Shown here: piece after piece, positions 55,914 through 64,000 of the stretch
How positions within the stretch are numbered: the stretch's first letter is position 1
Layout: each line of letters begins with the position of its first letter
Assembly (NCBI GenBank): GCA_964035545.1
Contig: OZ037773.1
Coordinates: forward strand, 2,075,751-2,139,750
Reading direction: 5' to 3'
Length of the DNA stretch: 64,000 nt
DNA from: Bugula neritina
Taxonomy: Eukaryota > Animalia > Bryozoa
Program-made: the position numbers and the translations under genes
The notes under the pieces: model-generated
Databases searched by the model: none
Seen by the model: the letters and a program-made list of their open reading frames with translations, nothing else
What the model was told of the DNA's origin: nothing

Positions 55914-58487
55914 ATGTTCTCGATTATACTGGTTTCTCTAATTCTCCTGCTGGCATCCACTCTCATCGCGGCCAGGTTGTATCAGTAAGTAATATTTTTT
56001 TCAATAAATATACTATAATATTAATATTTATATTGCAATTCTCTGTTATTTTCATCATTTGACACGTTTATGCGTATGATATTTTTGCTTTGATTTGTTG
56101 AGATTTTGCTGCCTTTAAATTAGGAAAAGATTTACTTCAAGTATGATAATTATTTATTACAGCAAGTGGGAGGTGATTTTCAATGATTGTGTTATACTCA
56201 GAGTCATTTTCAAAGAGTTGTTCCGATTAAAAAATAGAGCTGTGAGCAGCCAGGGCTGGAGTCAGAGGTAAGAAGAAGTTTCATACATGCAGACATATTT
56301 CCTGTGAATTCATTGATATTGAGATGTTGGTAGTTCAAATATTAGGTTGGATGTTTAGGACATTTATCTACATATTGAGTGTTATAACATTGTAGTATAG
56401 GCTAATACAACATCAATTGTTCTTAAATATTATAGTGTGTGCTTATTGAATGTTTGGTAGCAGCAAAGACAAAAAGGAAAAAGGCTTAAAGAAGGCAGAG
56501 GTTCTTTCAACTTATGCCCCCTTACACTCATGGAATGACTGCGGATGTGCCGGTGCCTGTTGGCACGGGAAGTCTGTTCCCAATAAAACAGCTTCTCCTC
56601 TCCTATTGGCTAGAGATCAACTGATACCAAAGGCTTACAGAAGTCAACCAAAAAGAGCAGCTTCTCTCTCCAATCCTCCAGTTACAGAGCCAATACAGTT
56701 AGAGGAATTCCTGAAGAAGTTCGAAGGATCTGGGGCTCGCCCCAAAACTCACAAGTTGCACCTTCGGTCAGAAGTTATTATGTGTAAGTTCAAATAATTA
56801 CTCACCTATATTCTGTTTCATTTTATTTTTTTAGATTTACATTCATTTTCTTATAGTTGATTAGTCTAAACTGTTAATCTATGATGTCGTTTTATACTAT
56901 CTTTAACACAAACTTGTCTCCAAATAGATACATTTACATTACAATGTTACAGCAAACACTGATACTGAGCTGTACAAAAAACGCAACCCCAACACAAACC
57001 TATCCAGAAGCCAATTGAAAGGTTTGAACAAGGAGAGAAGACAATCCCCTCGAAATAGAATGAGCACATCTGCACCACAAAATACTGCACCCAGACAAGT
57101 GGACCAGAAGGAAATGCAAAAGACATTCATTTCAGTGGATGGAATGGAATGGAAATCATTGCCACTTTTCTCCAAAGAATATATGAATAGAGAAATCACT
57201 GATTGTGAAGGTACAACATCCATTTCTTTGTAAAACATTATAAATTTTTCAAAGTAAGATTAACACTTTTGGTTTTAATGCAACAAAAAATTTTCTAATT
57301 AAATTGCTGCTATTTCAATAGATGAGTTGAAGAAGGATATAGCGTCTCTCAAATGGGATATTAAGGAGTTGGGAGGCAAAAAGACAGAAGCTGATGATAT
57401 TATCAAAAGAGCTGTTGAACAAATCAGTGAAGTACCCCTAAAAGCACAAGACGCCAATCAAAGAGTTTCCGCTAAACATCAAATTTCACGTGGTAAGATA
57501 ATATTTCAATATTTAAAATTTGTTGCTGTAACTCTTAATATCAAATAATGAAAGCTAGCAAAGTAATATTTTATATTACAACTACATTTTTAATAATAAT
57601 TGTTTCTTTTACATATAAGGACATCATTTGAGATATAAATGTGAATCTAAAAGCTAACAATTGTTCAGACGACATTTGAAATATTATGTCAATAAAAATT
57701 TTTGATTTATGTGCAAATTTTTATCAAGTCATATCAACTATTTTTATCCACAAAACTGGCAATACTAATTGGCAATATACTAACTAATACTGCCAATCTA
57801 TAATAGAAAGACAATTTCTTCTCTTTACAATCAGCCAACTAGTAACAAGTATATTATACTAGTCTTAAGCCAACAGTGTTAAGCTGCAACACGTTTGATA
57901 TATTTTTTAACATAAACTTTAGAAGCTGGTGGAGACTCAACCAACCCTTCTTCTTGCAACATCCTCAGCCAACCAGTCAAGGATACAAAACTCTCAGCTT
58001 GTGCACTTAAAGCATCTCATGAAGTTCAGAATGGTAAGTATTCTTAAGTCAGCCAAATGTTTATTAGTGGCTATTATTATATAATAATATGTTGAAGATC
58101 AAACCACAGATAAAATCAAACCAATCTTTAAAAACCAGACATCTAGTGTTTTGGAATGTCAAACAAACTGAAAAGTTTAAGACATTAAAACGCTAGTTTC
58201 TAATAAACAGGTTATAGTGAATTATAAAAAAAATTAGTGAGAATCAAACTGTCAAAACTTTAAAGAAACTCACTGTTATTTACTATAGCATTGTGAAACA
58301 GCCAATAGAATATAACTAATAAAAATGAATATAAATATTGCTATAATATATCAATCAGTATGTCAAGGGAAACACTATATAATGTTATTTTGTAGAGCTT
58401 AGAGCAGTTCAAGAACCAGCTGCACAGCAGAATCGAAGAAATAAAATTATGAAGTTTTTCTGTTGCTGTGTTCAAGACAGTGAATGA
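55914..58487 (+). CDS. Uncharacterised protein, about 376 aa, with N-terminal signal peptide/anchor and C-terminal FFCCC
   Basis: Exons 55914-55984, 56163-56267, 56461-56783, 56953-57210, 57322-57492, 57923-58033, 58396-58487 join in frame (1131 nt) with canonical splice sites; begins MFSIILVSLILLLASTLIAARLY. Confidence 0.7.
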
Positions 58488-59471
58488 GGTTAGAGCTCAA
58501 TATAAATATATTTTCTCAAAAACTTCAAAGTAGCTGTTAATTTACTCATCATAACATATTAGGACTCTGTTATGTTTCATATCAGACTCTTACAATAGCT
58601 ATTAGTCACTTGTTCTGTCCATTCTTGCTTGTCTTCTCATTTCACATACTCAATTTGTTCACCTTACTCTATGTTTCTGTTTATTATCTAGATCTTCTAC
58701 ATGAACCATTCAACACTACAGCATATACTATCTGATGTGTAGATGGATAACTTAATCAAGAAAGGCTCATATAACCTATTCTCTGGATCCTTTTTTTATT
58801 GGAATTCTCTTTGTCTCTCAAGTGCTCAGAGACCAGAGCATACAAATATACATGCCTTATTGCTTACTTTATTGAACTTCATATAATCTGCTCTAGTTGC
58901 TAGAAATTTCTTGTAGAAGAAACTTTAAATTATGTTGTTCTTTTTTTTTATTCTCCTAATCATTCATGCACTTAAATATTGGTCATTATTTAGTATAGAT
59001 ATATACTAGTTTATAAAGGAATGAATAATTACAGAGTATGATTATATGAGTTACTGTAAAACAATTTGAAATAATTAAAATGTCTACCTTGTGAGTTTTT
59101 CAGTTCATACAATCCTATCAAATAAAATTTATAAAATCTAATGAACTTGCACATAATTATTTATATACTGCATTTGCTATACAAGCTGCTATATGTATGA
59201 ATATTTAAAATACTAATTACTACTCATAAAAAAATTCCTGTAAATAATTATTAAACAAACGCAAGACATGTTTAATTCTAACAAATTGTTTTTATCTAGA
59301 GTTGTCTACTCTCTACCCACAGTTGTTATAAACTGTTAGTTGGGTAATCATATTGGAAGCCATTTTATTAGAAAGAGTATAATTGAATTTGTAAATATAT
59401 GACATCATTACTTCTAATAAACATAATATAATTAACCTGAAGGTTCAGTTAAGTATAGCTATTATCTAATG

Positions 59472-59818
59472 CAGGGCTTTCCAACAGGCAGTCCGAAGGC
59501 TGGATGTGGCCCCCACCCTACATTTATGTGGCCCTCAAAGACATAACAAATAACATTACTTATGATTTATGTATATGAATTAGAGTGGGAAAACCACCTT
59601 TTAAATGTCTTATTTTCATACATTGGGCCTATATGCTAAAACATGCAGCCTGTGGTAATCACTGGGACTTCATTGTGTGATTATTCATAGATATTTGGGA
59701 TAAAGTTATTTAAAAACTGCTTATGCCGTGGCCCCCAGCCTATGCTAAATTTCACAATGTGGCCCTTGCCATGAAATATTTCAATTCAGTAGCCCTCCGA
59801 AAAGGTTGGACACCCCTG
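59472..59818. mobile_element. hAT/Charlie-like MITE, degenerate
   Basis: Ends CAGGGCTTTCCAAC ... GTTGGACACCCCTG; internal (t)gtggccc motifs; the 8-bp TSD is only partly matched (atctaatg / tgctaagt). Confidence 0.7.
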
Positions 59819-60130
59819 TGCTAAGTTATTGAGTAAAATAAACACTCAAGAATGTTGATTTGTATTTTATAGAAGACTTCATATTGCTCTGTGGCTGCCA
59901 TTACAAATATTTACTTTATATTTTCAGTGACATCCAGCTTATCTAAAACCAAGTACTTGCAAACACAGACTGTTGTGCTGCAGTGCATTACGGGGCCTGT
60001 CCCAGAGTCAGGCTGTAATTACCAGTGATCCAGTAGGAACTAAGGCTGCAATACAAATAATTTATCTTTCCAACTGAGATACGTGGATCTAGGGGTGAGT
60101 AGTTTACTGGAAGAAAGAGCGGCAGCTGCA

Positions 60131-63100
60131 ATGGCATCGGCAGCGGGTGTCAGACTTCTCAATGGACATTCCATGCCCTTCGTGGGTCTAGGAACTTGGC
60201 AGGTAAGAAATTTACCAAATTGAAGTAGGTGCAGTAGAGAAACACTTTCCACTTTCCAGTCAAACAGTTACGTTCGTAGTTTATGGCTCATCTAACAGAA
60301 GTGCAAGAGCTTTCAACAAAATGACATGCAGTGGAAATATTTTTTTCAAAACTCTTCCTTACTGCACCTAACTGACTGAATAAACATTCAGCATGTCAAC
60401 TAGTTGTTAATTTGAATATTTGGCTTACAAAAGTGGTGTCAAAAACATTGAATTTGCAAATATGTTTATTACATAATACTTTGGTAAAACTCTTTATGTT
60501 ATCTTGTGAGTGAACACTAGAGAAAGAATTTAAAATCTTCAGATATATTCCATTCGTTGATCAATCAAAACTCAAGACATAAATTTATTATGTTTTAAAT
60601 TTTGCTGCATCTCAATATGAACTAGTAGCATGTAGTTGGCCAGTTAACTATTACAGTGTGTGGTGCTTACAAAATTACTTGACATTGTTTATATAGTCAT
60701 CAAGGGGGGAAGTTGGTGAAGCTGTCCGGGTAGCGCTAGACGCTGGATACAGACATATAGATACGGCACAGAACTACTATAACGAAGATGAGATTGGAGA
60801 AGCCCTGGAAGAGAAAATAAAGGAAGGAGGCATTACAAGAGAGGAAGTTTTCGTCACTACAAAGGTGAGGTAGATTAGATTAATGGAGTTATCTTTCCTC
60901 AAACAATCTCATAAAAAGGAATAATTGTTTTAAGTTGGTTATGGCAATTTTTAGTCGGATTTTTTTGCAAAGCACAAGTTATTAACTCACGCCATCTTCA
61001 TTTTCAATTAGACAAAGAATGCTTAGTGTTTCACTATATAGCTGCTGCAGCTTCTGTTGCATCATTGCTCTTCAAAAGATTCAGTTCCACGAGACCGAAA
61101 TTTTAAAGAAAAAGACCAACACTTACACAATATTTTGACTAGACTTGATTGGTCAGACAAAATACTGTTACCCATGTAGAAAAAGTGCTCATCAAAATGT
61201 GCTTCGAGTTTTTGTTGAAACTTCACAACTAATCAAATTAGTTTTTTGGACAGTTTTGCTTTTTTGTTTAGAACTTAGAAGCTTTCATAAGAGAACAACT
61301 TCAAGACATGCAATCAGTTTATAATAAAATCATTTCATTAAATAAACCAATTAATCAATGTATCCAAATATTTTCAGTTAGCAATGGCCGGAATGGCACC
61401 TGAAAATGTGCGAAAGGAAACAGTATTGTCACTGAAGAGGTTGAGAACAACATACATTGATCTCTATCTTATTCACTTTCCTATTGCTCTCTCTGTAAGT
61501 TACTCATTTCACGTATTCACAGTAATGGCCTGTTTCAATCATCATGCAAGAAAACGTTTGCCATTTCTTCGAAATTTCATTTACATTGAAACTTTCATAA
61601 TTATGACACTCAATTGCTTCAATCAGCAAGAAAACTTGACAAATTAGTCGAAGAGGAATGAAATAAAACGGAGAGGAACTGAATGTCTCTATTTTTCAAC
61701 TTAATTTGGGTTTTGGCAGGACGAAGGCATGAATTTAGAGCCACCAGTTAGATTCCCAAAGTATTCCAATGGAGCTTTAAAGACTACATACATAGATATA
61801 CTGGATACTTGGAGGGTAGGATGAATATTCTATACTTTCATGATTTAATGTAATATTTTTATAAAACTACCTAATAGATAGGTTCTACCACAATTTAGCA
61901 CAAGTTCTAAGTATGTCACAAATTCTTATAATTAATTTGTAGCTCTTCCATTTATTCACTTTGTTGGTAAAAAAGTCTTATTACAGAAATGGCTACTCAT
62001 ATCGGTTTATTAAAGTAGTGTATAGTGTACTTTAGTTTCTGTTACATAATAAGTTATGGCTCTTGGCTTGAAGTGAGCAAACTATGCATATGCCCATTTT
62101 TGAAATTGCTAATGAGAGCATAAGTAACTTCCGGAAACATCAACAATACAGTTTGTGAAATGGAATCCAGTGCATATGGAAAGAGTATATAAACCTCTGG
62201 AGAGATGATATTATATAGGCCTAATCAAAGCCTTATACTTCATAGTTACAGGATGTAACTACATACAAATTGCTACCTAAAATTTAAGAGCAGTAAAAAT
62301 TAAAAGTATTTAATAGATGCATATAGTAATTTATCAGTTTTTTAAACAAAATATCCGTATGTCAGAATGCAGTCAGCCAAACCATATCATTCTAAAATAC
62401 TGTTTTTCATATAACAGTTCAACTGCAATCAATCGCAATATGTCTTTTATTTCTTGCGTTTCATTGCTGCAGGAAATGGAGAAGTTAGTGGATGAAGGTT
62501 TAGTTCGAGCTATTGGCCTGTCAAACTGCAACAAGCAGCAAGTACTAAGAATCTATGAGAAGGGAAGAATAAAACCGGCCAATCTGCAAGTCGAATGTCA
62601 TGCATGGTTTCCTCAGTATGAAATGGTAGAGTTCTGTCAGCAACGAGGAATATCATTCGCTGCTTATGGACCAATAGGATCACCGGGGAGACCAGCGTGA
62701 GACAGAATATTACCAATTCTTTCTTTCTTTACAAAATCCAATAAATGATTACCTAAGCTTTCACTTTGGTTGACAAAAAGGAATCTTTCTATAAGCAGTT
62801 AGTTTCGGGTTGAGGTGACTAATTGCAATAGTTTGGGGTTCTTGAGTTTGGAGTTTGGGTTTTCGTTGGAAATTTGAACTCCCAACTCCAAACTTGGATC
62901 CTAAGCTACTGCACTCAGTCACCCTCAACTTGGGGCTGCCTATAGATAACTTCGAGAAATTCGTGTCTACGACATAGCACAAAACTACATCTAAATCTAT
63001 TTTAGTGTGGAGGGTCCAGTAACCGCTCCACTTATGGAGGAGCCAGTGTTGGTAGAACTTGCTGCTAAGCATAAAAGGACTGTAGCCCAAGTTCTACTCC

Positions 63101-63731
63101 GTAATCTGATACAGAGAGGAATCATAGTCCTCCCTAAAAGTGTTACACCCGAAAGAATTAAATCTAATCTTCAGGTAAAAGTCATCACATAGTGTGTCTG
63201 GTGGTAAAGGTTGTATATAACAATGATGACAATTAAAAGATATGGTAAGCCTCTCCACCTAAGCACCTGAATGTTTATAGTCCAACATTACCTGATGTGG
63301 TTGAAAAGAGTTACAGAAATCATAAGTGAAGAAAAACATAAGCTATAGCTTATGTACTAACTATTCTATTTACAGATTATGGATTTTGAACTAAGTAAAG
63401 AAGACATGGAGATTGTGAAAGGAGTAAACAAGGAACTGAGGCTGTTTCAGTTCAACTATTATGGCAAGCAAAAGTATGCTTACATACTGTACATAATATA
63501 ATAAACACGGTCTAAGATAAAGTCAATGAACTAAAACTTCAGGGGGTTATAGACTTATAGTTCAACAGATAGGGTGATGTAATGTAACAGCTTAGTATTT
63601 GATAGGCAACTCTGCATACAGAAATTAATAATTTGTATTGTATGGTCATTTGCAGTTTCTCTCATCCATTTTTCCCATGGCCTGAGCTAGCAAAGTCCTA
63701 TCAACCAGGAGAAGGAATGCCCCAGCTATAA
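60131..63731 (+). CDS. Aldo-keto reductase (AKR1-like), 339 aa
   Basis: Exons 60131-60202, 60697-60864, 61378-61494, 61720-61815, 62473-62696, 63006-63174, 63376-63473, 63656-63731. Motifs: [71 protein letters not shown]. The catalytic D/Y/K/H tetrad is present. Confidence 0.95.
62789..62945. repeat. Degenerate fold-back inverted repeat (MITE-like) in an AKR intron
   Basis: ctataagcag...gttgaggtgactaattgcaatagtttgggg...gtttggagtttggg pairs with cccaactccaaac...ctaagctactgcactcagtcaccctcaac...ctgcctatag. Confidence 0.75.
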
Positions 63732-64000
63732 ACCCTCATGAACACACGCTACGGACTAGGAACTTGAGCTAACCGTCTTGCCACTTATTAATCAGAATAA
63801 GCCCAAACACTGGCTGTAACTATCTAGATGAAGTTGCTGATACTTCTGTATTACTTATATTTGGTATGAGTAGGAATGGCCAGTGTTGTGAATAGTATGT
63901 AGTGCTACAACTGTTATAATATAAAATTTCCCATACACTGTGAGTCATAGAGTGTATTGTGTAAGTAGATTTATATACAGTTGGATGGGATTTGCTCTGC

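Overview
AT-rich, intron-dense animal (invertebrate, lophotrochozoan-like; this placement is inference) genomic DNA. It is not prokaryotic and has no CRISPR array or rRNA. I assembled gene models by hand from GT-AG sites and reading-frame phase. In order: a >1430-aa stonin/stoned-B gene (+, 5' end off-window); SCYL1 (-); an orphan gene (+); a two-part Cys-rich/family-2-like 7TM receptor locus (-); an orphan secreted protein (-); RPS27 (+); the 3' half of a phospholipid scramblase (-); an orphan signal-anchored protein (+); and an aldo-keto reductase (+). Introns carry two tRNA-derived SINE families, two non-autonomous DNA transposons and many mini/microsatellites, and these explain most of the low-complexity ORFs in the track. 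The most interesting observations are three. (1) RPS27 has a 27-nt intronic cassette that duplicates the ATG-CCT start exon behind a stop codon. (2) In the receptor locus one exon appears to end a secreted Cys-rich ORF and start a paralogous 7TM ORF 40 nt later. (3) The stonin carries a Stoned-A-like segment in the same ORF and a clathrin-box tail, with a splice donor 1 nt after the stop. All models are unverified by transcript data.
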